DNA of 32,000 nucleotides from NCBI GenBank assembly GCA_965219535.1, contig CBDCNV010000002.1, positions 1,200,001-1,232,000 of the forward strand, given 5' to 3'. Below are positions 1-8,822 of the stretch, in pieces (position 1 is the stretch's first letter; each line of letters opens with the position of its first letter). A model generated the notes under the pieces. That model did no database searches, was not told where the DNA came from, and saw nothing but the letters and a program-made list of their open reading frames with translations. The translations under genes were made by a program, and so were the position numbers. The DNA is from Opitutales bacterium (GTDB lineage: Bacteria > Verrucomicrobiota > Verrucomicrobiia > Opitutales > PNEW01).

Positions 1-76
1 GCTTTCTTCTTTCACGTTACGCTTGACCTCTATTCTTAATTCTTGAGATTAATTTGTGGGAGCATAAGAAGAAGTA

Positions 77-862
77 ATGAAAGTAGATCTTAAGGGTAAA
101 ATTGCTTTAGTGACGGGCGCGGGGAAGGGAATTGGACGCGCAATCGCGGAAACCTTTACAGAAAATGGTGCCCATGTCGCCTATACGGATGTCGATGAGG
201 CACTGCTTAGGGAGAATCCTCCAAAAGGTGATAATCATAGTGTCTACGAGTTAGATGTTCGCAACGACGATCATATCGAGGAGACCATTTCCAGGATTAT
301 AAAAGAATGCGGCCCTATCGATATCCTGGTTAATAATGCCGGGGGTGGTGATCCCAACCAGCGGGTGACAGGTGACCGTCTTCCCGATAAATCGTGGGCG
401 ATGGCAGTCGACATGAATTTAAATAGTCCGTTCAAAATATCTAAGAAGGTGTTAACGGATTGTATGATCCCACAGAAGTCCGGCCGCATCATTAACATCG
501 CTTCTGTCGCGGGCATCGTGCCACTGCAGTTGCAATGTGCCTATAATGCGTCCAAAGCCGGACTCATTCAACTAACCAAGGCTTTGGCGGTCGAAATGGG
601 AAGTCATGGAATAACGATCAATGCGATTGCGCCAGGGTCTACCTTGACCGACGGGACACGTAAAATATTTTATAGCGAGGACGGCAGCTTTTCTGAACAT
701 GTGCAGCGCCACTTGGATCATGTGCCCTTAGGTAGGCCCGCCCAGCCGGAGGAAATTGCTCATGCAGTCCTTTTTTTAGCGGCTCCAGAGAGCGCGTATA
801 TAACGGGCCACGTGTTGGCTGTTGACGGTGGATGGACGACAGGTTTTATTCGTGATTTTTAG
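77..862 (+). CDS. Classical SDR-family NAD(P)-dependent oxidoreductase (FabG-like)
   Basis: 261-aa ORF. Has the TGAGKGIGRAIA Rossmann motif, NNAG, the catalytic Ser in NIASVAG, YNASK (Tyr-x3-Lys) and IAPG. Confidence 0.9.
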   Translation: MKVDLKGKIALVTGAGKGIGRAIAETFTENGAHVAYTDVDEALLRENPPKGDNHSVYELDVRNDDHIEETISRIIKECGPIDILVNNAGGGDPNQRVTGDRLPDKSWAMAVDMNLNSPFKISKKVLTDCMIPQKSGRIINIASVAGIVPLQLQCAYNASKAGLIQLTKALAVEMGSHGITINAIAPGSTLTDGTRKIFYSEDGSFSEHVQRHLDHVPLGRPAQPEEIAHAVLFLAAPESAYITGHVLAVDGGWTTGFIRDF

Positions 863-899
863 TAACTGGGTAAGATAAACAATTCAAATCGAGGGAAAG

Positions 900-1331
900 A
901 TGTCTAAGATAGAAGACTTTAAAAGTTATGCACCGAAGGATTACGTTCCTGAAATACCTAAACCCGATCACCCCGTATTCCCGAAGATTGTATCGGCAAA
1001 AAACGGCAGGCCCGTAAGGTATAAAGGGTGTCAGGGTGTTGGCGTGCGTATCGTTCACCCTTCAAACCCGGAAGCACCTGCAAAGAACCTCGGCCTCGTG
1101 ATGTTTTGTCTACCGCCGCACGCGACACTCTTGCCACCGGGTTCACATGAGACGGAGGAAACTTATGTTATCATGAGAGGTGAGGGGATGATGACTTTTG
1201 CCGAGGGCAAGCAAGAGAAAGTTAAAGCCGGAGATTTTGTGTATTTGCCTCCCTGGTGTGAGCACGGCGTCGAGAACACGGGTAATGTCAGCCTCGAAAT
1301 ACTAATCTGCACTTCGCCACCGAATCCTTGA
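900..1331 (+). CDS. Cupin-domain protein
   Basis: 143-aa ORF 38 nt after the SDR. Cupin_2-like motifs GSHETEETYVIMRGEG ... GDFVYLPPWCEHGVENTG. Confidence 0.75.
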   Translation: MSKIEDFKSYAPKDYVPEIPKPDHPVFPKIVSAKNGRPVRYKGCQGVGVRIVHPSNPEAPAKNLGLVMFCLPPHATLLPPGSHETEETYVIMRGEGMMTFAEGKQEKVKAGDFVYLPPWCEHGVENTGNVSLEILICTSPPNP

Positions 1332-1392
1332 ATTGGGCGAAATCTTCGTCTTAAATTATTTAATAACTAAATCATTATTGATCTAGTGACGA

Positions 1393-1501
1393 AAGGTGGA
1401 GCGGGCTGCCTGTCCGTCATAGCCTTGGCGACGGCTGATCCCTAGCACGCTTCTTCAAATGCGACATTCACAAACGCGCTAGGGACAGCGCGTTCCACCT
1501 T
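1393..1501. repeat. Family-B structured intergenic element, full palindromic copy
   Basis: The outer arm AAGGTGGAGCGGGCTG pairs with CAGCGCGTTCCACCTT. The inner arm CCCTAGCACGC pairs with GCGCTAGGG. An internal hairpin CCGTC-ATAGCCTTGGC-GACGG is present. It lies between convergent cupin genes. Related left halves occur at 3785..3808 and 29492..29548. Confidence 0.65.
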
Positions 1502-1547
1502 AATATTGATTCTTCAATCTACCATGGACGAACACGAAGATGCCATT

Positions 1548-1934
1548 TCATCTCGATTCGTCCTGTGTGGGAAAGTCGGCTGGCATCGTGATCTCGATAA
1601 CCTCAAAGTCGTCGGAGTACTCCAGTACCTCGTGTTTGATTCCAGACGGCTGGTACCAAGCATCACCGGCCTCGACGCGGATCTCGCCGATGTCTTCAAA
1701 GTCTAAGCGCGCCCACCCGTGGAGCAGGTAGTTCCATTGGAAATCCAGAACATGGGAGTGGTAACCCATGGCTTCCGCGCAAGGTTGAACGGCCCGAATG
1801 ACGTGCGCCATAACTTTACCTTCGGTTGCATCCTTAATTCCCAAATCACGGTATTTAAAATAAGGTCGTAATCCATTTTCCCAATTTGCGTCCTTTGCAT
1901 GTGAAGCAAAAGCCTTGGTTGTTTTCTCGGTCAT
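1548..1934 (-). CDS. Cupin-domain protein
   Basis: 128-aa ORF with a cupin-like HSHVLDFQ ... GDAWYQPSGIKHEV pattern. Longest coherent ORF in the region; overlapping ORFs look spurious. Confidence 0.7.
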   Translation of the reverse strand: MTEKTTKAFASHAKDANWENGLRPYFKYRDLGIKDATEGKVMAHVIRAVQPCAEAMGYHSHVLDFQWNYLLHGWARLDFEDIGEIRVEAGDAWYQPSGIKHEVLEYSDDFEVIEITMPADFPTQDESR

Positions 1935-1985
1935 TGTCTTGTTCCTCCTCTTGAGTTATTTATATCCTTGTCGCTTTAGCAGTTG

Positions 1986-2876
1986 CTAACCCTTTTTTGT
2001 TTCTGTGTCCACACCTGAGCGTTGCAGGTAATCGCGAATTATCTCATTAATATCTGCCTGACCTTGTCCGCTATCGCTAAAACGGGTAATGATCTCTTCC
2101 GCCAGCGGACTGAGTTCTAACGGCACCCCTAGTTCACGCCCGAGTTCAACACCAAGATGCATGTCCTTGACGGCCAGTTCCGTGGCAGAGTACATCCTTT
2201 CATTTTTTAGCAGCAAGGTCATACAGCGTTCCATCATCACGCTCTGACCCATACTCCGTGTAATTACATCGAGCAGAACCTGTAGATTAATGCCGGCTTT
2301 AGCCCCTATCGACATACCCTCGCACGCTCCTATTAAATTAATGAACAGCATCAGATTATTTACCAGCTTAGTTACATTGCCACTTCCAGCTGGACCCATA
2401 TAGAAGACATTTTTACCAATGATTTGCAACAGAGCTTGATAGCGGTCGAAGGTTTCCTTTGTGCCTCCCACAAAAATGGAAAGCGTTGCGTCCCTGGCAC
2501 CGAATATACCGCCGCTGATTGGGGCATCGAGCACATGAAATCCACTCGACGATCCGATCTCAGCGAGGTTTCGCATCGTGTCCGGCGAATTGGTAGTGGT
2601 GTCGATGTAAGCCGCACCTTTAGCCAACCCTGCAAAAACACCCGTTTCACCAAGAACCACGGTTTCGACTTCTTTAGGTCCAGGCAACGATGACAGCACC
2701 ACTTCGGAGCATGTCGCTACGTCCCGCGGACTTATCGCCCAGTTGGCACCGACTTTTTCGAGGTTCCTTCCCTTGTCACGATCGATGTCGAAGATGGTTA
2801 ATTTATGCCCTGCCTTTAGGACATTGTGTGCCATCGCATTACCCATATTTCCCAGACCTATAAAACCAACTTTCAT
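1986..2876 (-). CDS. NAD(P)-dependent dehydrogenase, 3-hydroxyisobutyrate / 6-phosphogluconate dehydrogenase-like (HIBADH family)
   Basis: 296-aa ORF. N-terminal MKVGFIGLGNMGNAMAHN dinucleotide-binding motif, DAPISGG, and GSGNVTKLVNN typical of the HIBADH family. Confidence 0.85.
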   Translation of the reverse strand: MKVGFIGLGNMGNAMAHNVLKAGHKLTIFDIDRDKGRNLEKVGANWAISPRDVATCSEVVLSSLPGPKEVETVVLGETGVFAGLAKGAAYIDTTTNSPDTMRNLAEIGSSSGFHVLDAPISGGIFGARDATLSIFVGGTKETFDRYQALLQIIGKNVFYMGPAGSGNVTKLVNNLMLFINLIGACEGMSIGAKAGINLQVLLDVITRSMGQSVMMERCMTLLLKNERMYSATELAVKDMHLGVELGRELGVPLELSPLAEEIITRFSDSGQGQADINEIIRDYLQRSGVDTETKKG

Positions 2877-2932
2877 AAGGGGGATTCCATTAATTCAGAT
2901 AGGGATTTGTATCGATAATTATAAATATGCAT

Positions 2933-3721
2933 TTATGGCGTGCCCCGTCTTTCTCCCCCATCCATGTAAAGAGAACTGCCGAACATATAAGAACACGGTT
3001 CAGAGGCCAGGAAGGTTACAATGCTGGCAATTTCCTCCGGCTCAGCGATGCGTCCGGCGGGAAGGTCAGCTCCGAGTTCCCGTAGAATCTCCTCAACGTC
3101 TCGACCTTCTTTATCCGCTCTCGCCTGGTGTATATTGCGCGCCCGTTGCGTATTGGTAATTCCCGGACAGATCGCATTTACGAGGATACCATATTTGGAA
3201 GTCGCATCCGAGAGAGCGCGTGTCATATTCAGGATACTGATATTGGCGAGACTAACAGGAATGTTTTTTTGGGTGGGACTCGTTCCCGCTCCACCGGCGA
3301 TATTAATGATACGACCCCAATTGTTTTTCTTCATATGAGGAAAAACCAATTGCGACAGGCGCAGGTAGCTATAGCTCTTTAAACCCAGAGCGTCATCGAT
3401 CAATTCAGTGGGAAGATCCAGGATATCACCACCCTTCGCGGCACCGGCACAATTGACGAGGATGTCAACGCCGCCGAACGCCTCCACCGTTTCATCGACA
3501 ACTTTTTTACAGTTTTCCAGTTCGGTCAGGTCGGCGGTAACCGCATACCCGTCTCCACCGGCTTCTTTAATCTCATCAAGGGTCTTATCCAGGAGTTTCT
3601 CGTCGCGGGCAGTGATACAAATTCGAGCTCCTTCGCGGGCTAGCGCCAGCGCACAACACCGCCCGATTCCACGATTTCCGCCCGTTACTATCGCCCGTTT
3701 TCCTTTTATGCCTAAATTCAT
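2933..3721 (-). CDS. SDR-fold protein lacking the canonical Ser/Tyr/Lys catalytic triad
   Basis: 262-aa ORF with TGGNRGIGRCCA Rossmann motif and NCAG. A gapless 52-aa alignment to the SDR at 77..862 (GRIINIA..NAI.PG) shows Ser to Gly, Tyr to Val and Lys to Asn. Confidence 0.85.
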   Translation of the reverse strand: MNLGIKGKRAIVTGGNRGIGRCCALALAREGARICITARDEKLLDKTLDEIKEAGGDGYAVTADLTELENCKKVVDETVEAFGGVDILVNCAGAAKGGDILDLPTELIDDALGLKSYSYLRLSQLVFPHMKKNNWGRIINIAGGAGTSPTQKNIPVSLANISILNMTRALSDATSKYGILVNAICPGITNTQRARNIHQARADKEGRDVEEILRELGADLPAGRIAEPEEIASIVTFLASEPCSYMFGSSLYMDGGERRGTP

Positions 3722-3740
3722 TATCCGATTGGATAGAGTT

Positions 3741-3763
3741 AAAAGGTCAAAAAGTCAAAAGGG
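3741..3763 (-). promoter_or_regulatory. TTTTGAC(C/T) octamer array upstream of SDR 2933..3721
   Basis: The sense (minus) strand reads CCCTTTTGACTTTTTGACCTTTTAAC. It ends about 20 nt before the ATG and is followed by TATCCAATCGGATA. Confidence 0.5.
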
Positions 3764-3784
3764 AGATGCAGTAAACATTTAGTA

Positions 3785-3808
3785 AAGGTGGAACTCGCTG
3801 CCTGTCTG
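3785..3808 (+). repeat. Family-B element, partial left arm
   Basis: AAGGTGGAACTCGCTGCCTGTCTGG matches the first ~24 nt of the copies at 1393 and 29492. It abuts REP-A copies. Confidence 0.5.
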
Positions 3809-3854
3809 GCTTGGAAGATGTCGTTCCGCGACAGCGGAACTCGGAACCGGAACG
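3809..3854 (+). repeat. REP-A hairpin repeat, copy 1
   Basis: GCTTGGAAGATGTCGTTCCGCGACAGCGGAACTCGGAACCGGAACG. The stem is GTTCCGC/GCGGAAC with a 4-nt loop. Confidence 0.85.
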
Positions 3855-3857
3855 CGG

Positions 3858-3903
3858 GCTTGGAAGATGTCGTTCCGCGATTGCGGAACTCGGAACCGGA
3901 ACG
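3858..3903 (+). repeat. REP-A hairpin repeat, copy 2 (tandem to copy 1)
   Basis: Same 46-nt unit as copy 1 with loop GATT, separated from copy 1 by 3 nt. Confidence 0.85.
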
Positions 3904-4036
3904 CTGGTCTTAAGGGTAACACGTTTGGATTTAAATCAATTATTCATAAACGCTTGAAATATGTTTATTTGACATTTAAATATAAGTTCTCTCGTCGAGC
4001 ACACATTAAATCACATCACAGAATTATGGGGGAAAT

Positions 4037-6244
4037 ATGAGCACAAAAAATCTAGTATCACTAACATTAATTTTCCTAGCACTACCGACTCTACTCTCAG
4101 CACTTCCTCAAGACCTTGAGGTATTCACGGATTTCGAGGACATCAGTGGAGCAGGTGAATTTTTCATTGGGGAAGAACCCAATAGGATCAAGATAGTTGG
4201 ATTCACGGTGGAAACGCTGGAAGATTCTGCGCTCTTACACTCCGGAACAAAGGCGATAACCCTCGGGCCCGGTCAGGAAGGGGTTTTTGTATCGGAAAGA
4301 GGAATGGATGAAATCCAATTCTATGTAGCCGAGAATACAGGAGCCGGAAGGATCGAGCCGAGAGGAAATATCAATCAACCGCCAGATATTCTATTTGTTC
4401 TAGCGGATAATGGGATTGTCGAAGGTCTACCCACCAATATCAGCCCCGGCGCCAATCCCCCATTACAAAGTTTTGTTGCCGACAGTGATATGATCCTCGA
4501 CGCCAGCGATTTTGACTTTCTAGACGGTATTAAAGAATTAAAGTTCAGAAATGTTTCTGGAAAATTATCCCTTGACGATCTTGGTTTCACCATAACGGAT
4601 AGACCGTCCAATAACACCGTAGTCACGTCTTTCGAGGTATTTAGCGTGGGTGCAGGACTTATTGATCCCCTTGTTATTGGGGAATCACCCATTACTGCCA
4701 CCTTCGATGGAGGCTCGGTTCTAGCTGGAGCTTCAGAAGATCCAACGCGTTCGGGAGCACACTCCTATGGGATTGCTAACGGAGAAAGCTTCACCGTCAC
4801 TTTTGAAACCCCGGCATTTGAGATCGATGTTTTTGCAGCAGCTTTTGTATCGACTGGCCAAAATGATCCCGATGGGTCAATTGAAGTTTACGATACTAAT
4901 GATAACCTTCTTGCTACCTTTTCGGACTTGGAAAGTGCTGGGGGGCTTAATTCTAATTTCAAACCCCGTCAAACTACGATTAATGCGGTGGAGTTGGGCG
5001 CTCCCGGAGGTATTGGCAGTATTATTGCCAGGGACAATCCCAATGTAAATCCAGGGAGAAGCAGAGTCGTTTTCGATGATTTTGGTTTTACACCGATCGG
5101 AGCTCCCGGCACAGGTTCCGAGGGGCCCCCACCCGTTGCTGCTCCCGCTATCACTACCCAACCGGCAAACCAGGAGATCGCGTCCGGAGCATCGGCGAAC
5201 TTATCAGTGGCTGCCAGCGGTGATGATCTTACTTACCAGTGGTATACCGGCAACAGTGGCGACACCGTTGCTCCCGTCGCCGGTGCGACCGCTGGCACCC
5301 TGGATACGGGCGCTCTCACCGCGAGCACAAGCTTCTGGGTGCAGATAACTAACGCCGGCGGGACAGCGGACAGCGATACCGCGGTCGTCACGGTAGCGGC
5401 CCCGGCCATTCCCCTCGTTCTCGACGGCTCGGGCGATATCGCGGGTGAGAATATTCAGCATGCCAACGGCAACGTCTTCGACCAGATATTACTCACCGGA
5501 GAGTCCGTCCAACTCCAGGCCAAACCGGGACAGATCACCCGCGTTTCCTTTATGGACGAAAACGAGGATATTGTGCAGGTAGAATTTTCAGGTAATGGGA
5601 ACTTTACCGTAACCCTCGACCCGGCTACCTTCCTGCCCCCAGCCATCCCCCCACGCTACAACCAGACCGTAGAGTATGTGACGGGCAAACCGAGCGTGGT
5701 CATCGACGGCGCGGATGCCAATACCTTCTTCAGCATCTTCACTGTGGGCACGATCAACGCGTTTAACCAGACACTGTTCCCCGAAGGACAGGTCTATGAC
5801 GCCCAGGCCGATGTGGCCCTCGTGGAAGTAGTCAACTCCACGGGACTGGGAGGGGTACAGTTATCGAACACCGCGTTTAGTGGAAGCACGGGCAAGGTCG
5901 GTGTTGATGCGCGCGGCGTGCCGATCGCGGTACGCTTAACCATCGGTGATATCGATGCCGATGGCGATGCAGTACCTCACATTCTCTTCGGTGAAGGCTC
6001 CTTTACCGTAGCAGCCGGCAATCCCGGGTTGAGAATCACCGGTGGTGACCTCTTGCAGACGAACGGCGCCGCGGTTGTTGTCGCGGAGAGTGGATCGACA
6101 ACGACCGGGTTTGATACCCTGATCACCCAGAACAACTTCAAATCCGACAACACCCCCCAGCCGACACTGAGCATCGACGCCACCTTCGCCAATGAAGACG
6201 GCGATGCGATCGAGGTTGTTACCGAGGAGATCACTATAGAATGA
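4037..6244 (+). CDS. Secreted protein of unknown function with a central Ig-like domain
   Basis: 735-aa ORF. N-terminal signal peptide MSTKNLVSLTLIFLALPTLLSA. The central segment ITTQPANQEIASGASANLSVAASGDDLTYQWY...AVVTV matches the Ig-like repeat pattern common in PVC surface proteins. No other motif was recognised. Confidence 0.7.
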   Translation: MSTKNLVSLTLIFLALPTLLSALPQDLEVFTDFEDISGAGEFFIGEEPNRIKIVGFTVETLEDSALLHSGTKAITLGPGQEGVFVSERGMDEIQFYVAENTGAGRIEPRGNINQPPDILFVLADNGIVEGLPTNISPGANPPLQSFVADSDMILDASDFDFLDGIKELKFRNVSGKLSLDDLGFTITDRPSNNTVVTSFEVFSVGAGLIDPLVIGESPITATFDGGSVLAGASEDPTRSGAHSYGIANGESFTVTFETPAFEIDVFAAAFVSTGQNDPDGSIEVYDTNDNLLATFSDLESAGGLNSNFKPRQTTINAVELGAPGGIGSIIARDNPNVNPGRSRVVFDDFGFTPIGAPGTGSEGPPPVAAPAITTQPANQEIASGASANLSVAASGDDLTYQWYTGNSGDTVAPVAGATAGTLDTGALTASTSFWVQITNAGGTADSDTAVVTVAAPAIPLVLDGSGDIAGENIQHANGNVFDQILLTGESVQLQAKPGQITRVSFMDENEDIVQVEFSGNGNFTVTLDPATFLPPAIPPRYNQTVEYVTGKPSVVIDGADANTFFSIFTVGTINAFNQTLFPEGQVYDAQADVALVEVVNSTGLGGVQLSNTAFSGSTGKVGVDARGVPIAVRLTIGDIDADGDAVPHILFGEGSFTVAAGNPGLRITGGDLLQTNGAAVVVAESGSTTTGFDTLITQNNFKSDNTPQPTLSIDATFANEDGDAIEVVTEEITIE

Positions 6245-6330
6245 TCTATCGATCAGTGTTAAGTTTTAGGTGTTAGGTTTTAAGTGAAGAATGAACCCTT
6301 CGGCTTAGCTCAGGGCAGGTAGGCCTTCCG

Positions 6331-6376
6331 GCTTGGAAGATGTCGTTCCGCGATAACGGAACTCGGAACCGGAACG
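6331..6376 (+). repeat. REP-A hairpin repeat, copy 3
   Basis: GCTTGGAAGATGTCGTTCCGCGATAACGGAACTCGGAACCGGAACG, between convergent genes. Confidence 0.85.
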
Positions 6377-6429
6377 TTGGCCTTCCTGTTCTCTGGCTTT
6401 CTGGTCTTCCGGCCCTCCGGCCCTCCGGC

Positions 6430-7296
6430 TCACCGGAGGATGCGTTGATCGCTTAGGTCTTTGCCTCCAACACTCTTCGTAATAGTTGCGCCGCGGTATT
6501 CCTTAATTTCTAGTTCATGAAAGGCGTTGACGATTGAGTACTGCGTTGGGAGGTCTTCCCAGCGAGCTTTATGAAACTGCACGGTTCCTTCTCCCTCCCA
6601 TGATTCTTGCATTTTGGAATTAGGTGTAGCTTCTGGTGTCATAACAATGTAATTGGCATCGGCAACTCCCCACTCACCCGTTCGAGGCATATACTTATAG
6701 TGCAGGATTCCTGTCAAAACATCACCGGCCTGATTATCAGCGTTTTGATCCACCGGTGGATCAGATGGGTTATTCATTTCCACGGGTTTCATGTTATGAA
6801 GATGCATATCCATAAACTTGAAGCCCAGCCAACTGGCAATACAATGTGTTTCTCCATCCAGCACCGTCGGCTCTGGTAGTTCGCAATAGATTTTAGAGAA
6901 ACCCAATTGCTCACGCCCTGTCAGTATCGGATCGGTTAAATTTTCCCAGAGCACGGTAAGAAAGCTGCCAACAGCGCGGTCCTGTTTTCCATTAAAAATA
7001 ACGGGAAAACTTACACCAAGGACATTGTATCCACGACCGGCCAACCATTCGATCTCTGTCATGTTGGTGGCATAAACGGTAACAATAGGTTCCTCACCAA
7101 GCTCCAGGCCCATGCCATCGGGGATCAGGGCGTCTAACTGTTCGCGATTGCTTAAGAAACTGACTGACCTCGACGTCACCTTGGGTGAGTCTATGCATTC
7201 GAATTTTCTTCCGTCCGGTCCCTGCCTCGGGCCCATACCCGGGCCAAAGTGTGTCGGCATCATGTACATTTTATTTGGATCTAATTTATAGGCCAT
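6430..7296 (-). CDS. Acetoacetate decarboxylase (ADC) family protein
   Basis: 288-aa ORF. The segment VIFNGKQDRAVGSFLTVLWENLTDPILTGREQLGFSKIY resembles the ADC-family core (V.FNG..G.Y ... GRE..G.PK). Assigned from memory of the family pattern only. Confidence 0.55.
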   Translation of the reverse strand: MAYKLDPNKMYMMPTHFGPGMGPRQGPDGRKFECIDSPKVTSRSVSFLSNREQLDALIPDGMGLELGEEPIVTVYATNMTEIEWLAGRGYNVLGVSFPVIFNGKQDRAVGSFLTVLWENLTDPILTGREQLGFSKIYCELPEPTVLDGETHCIASWLGFKFMDMHLHNMKPVEMNNPSDPPVDQNADNQAGDVLTGILHYKYMPRTGEWGVADANYIVMTPEATPNSKMQESWEGEGTVQFHKARWEDLPTQYSIVNAFHELEIKEYRGATITKSVGGKDLSDQRILR

Positions 7297-7308
7297 TGTG
7301 CTTACTCG

Positions 7309-8820
7309 TTATAATTTATTTCGCTTGGATAAGGTTGAGGGAAAGTCTTGAAGATCCAAATTTTTATCGAGCGGATAGATAGGGCGGCGAACATTTTTGT
7401 AGTCGTAGCTCAATAGATTTGGACTATGCACACCGGGTGTATCGACTTCCAGAATTTCGTGTGCGAGGGGTGTGAAATCCGCGCGAAAGTGAACTGCGGA
7501 TTTGAGGACAATTATCTTCCGGTCCACGGGTTCAATACCGACGCTTCGTAGAACTTCGGCGTCAAAAGGTTGCGTCCGATTTTCAGTCAGGATGATTTCG
7601 ATACCACCGGTTTCAATTACTGCGGTTCGTCCCATTCCCGATTTTATTCCCCGGCTCATTGGGCCTTTGTGGACAAAACTTCCATCGGAAATTAATTTCA
7701 CATAACCATCAATTGCGACGGGTTCACCATGCCTGGGGTCTGTCTTGCCCCCAACTTGGAGTGAAACCGTGTTACCGACACCTGCTTCAATCGCGAGATT
7801 AACGGATTCAGGATCAGTAATGATCGCAAAAACCGCGTCCTGCACTCCAGCTTCAATAAATGCGCGGAGAATATGCGTACCATCACAGGGCGCTCCACCA
7901 CCGGGGTTGTCCGATCCTTCAGCGAGCACGATCGGTTTTCCTTCAGTCTTATTGGCGTGCGCGATGGCCTCATCGATCGAAACAAGGTTGCCCTGGAATG
8001 CTTCTCGAATTTTCCACACGTGGCTTGAAAATTCATCGGCCAATCTATCGGCAAGCGCTTGATCATTGTTTGTCGTCACCAACACCGTTACGCCGGCAAT
8101 AGAAATGTCGGCAAAGGGAAATCCCATTGACAGGGTCGCGGTCTCCACTCCGGGCCCCTCTTCGAGAGCGTGAAGTTTTTCCATAACGGCAATCATCGGC
8201 TGTTTCATCGTGCACTGACCGGGTGGTGACGTCAGCAATGGAAGCTGTCGGTAAGCCATTGTCGGCACAACTTTACCTTCGATGACTTTATGCAGCAATT
8301 GTCCGGCCTCGTACCCGCGATCATACATATCGATATGCGGATAAGTATCGTACCCTATAATGACATCGGAAAATTCTGCCATTTTAGGTCCTATATTTGC
8401 ATGGAGATCAAGCGTTGTGACTATGGGTATTGCGCCGACATATTCGCGAACAGCAGCAATTAAATCTGCCTCGCCGTCTTCGATTTCTTCCACCGCCATC
8501 GCCCCGTGCAAATCAAGAAGAACGCCGTCAAGATTTCCTGCATTGTGCAGTATTTCCATGAATTCAGATTTGAGAGTGTCGTAGGCAGAATGCTCCACAA
8601 TTCCTGAGGGAGTGGCGAAAGTCCAGAGGAGGGGAACGAGCTCGATACCTCGTTCCTCAGCGGCGTCCATGTACCCGCCCATGATCGTGTTCGTATTTCT
8701 AAAGACCGGGAACATTTCCTCGCCAACATAATACTGCCGTTCCTTGAAACTATCAATCGTCGTCGGGACTAGGGAAAAGGTATTGGTTTCATGTCCAATA
8801 CAGCCAACAGCTATTTGCAT
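7309..8820 (-). CDS. M81-family metallopeptidase (MlrC-like, microcystinase C family)
   Basis: 503-aa ORF. The N-terminus IAVGCIGHETNTFS is the characteristic MlrC N-terminal domain signature, and length and layout fit the family. Confidence 0.8.
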   Translation of the reverse strand: MQIAVGCIGHETNTFSLVPTTIDSFKERQYYVGEEMFPVFRNTNTIMGGYMDAAEERGIELVPLLWTFATPSGIVEHSAYDTLKSEFMEILHNAGNLDGVLLDLHGAMAVEEIEDGEADLIAAVREYVGAIPIVTTLDLHANIGPKMAEFSDVIIGYDTYPHIDMYDRGYEAGQLLHKVIEGKVVPTMAYRQLPLLTSPPGQCTMKQPMIAVMEKLHALEEGPGVETATLSMGFPFADISIAGVTVLVTTNNDQALADRLADEFSSHVWKIREAFQGNLVSIDEAIAHANKTEGKPIVLAEGSDNPGGGAPCDGTHILRAFIEAGVQDAVFAIITDPESVNLAIEAGVGNTVSLQVGGKTDPRHGEPVAIDGYVKLISDGSFVHKGPMSRGIKSGMGRTAVIETGGIEIILTENRTQPFDAEVLRSVGIEPVDRKIIVLKSAVHFRADFTPLAHEILEVDTPGVHSPNLLSYDYKNVRRPIYPLDKNLDLQDFPSTLSKRNKL

Positions 8821-8822
8821 CC

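Noticed and set aside
2743-3782. Plus-strand ORFs (138, 105, 84 and 124 aa) overlapping the SDR gene at 2933..3721
   Set aside because: They are antisense shadows of a strongly supported SDR-fold CDS. They are rich in Ser/Arg/Pro, as is typical of antisense frames in GC-richer coding DNA.
3809-3903. Tandem 46-nt repeats that could be mistaken for a mini CRISPR array
   Set aside because: There are only two adjacent units separated by 3 nt, with no spacers. The same unit is dispersed singly in both orientations elsewhere, and no cas genes are present. It is a REP-like element, not CRISPR.
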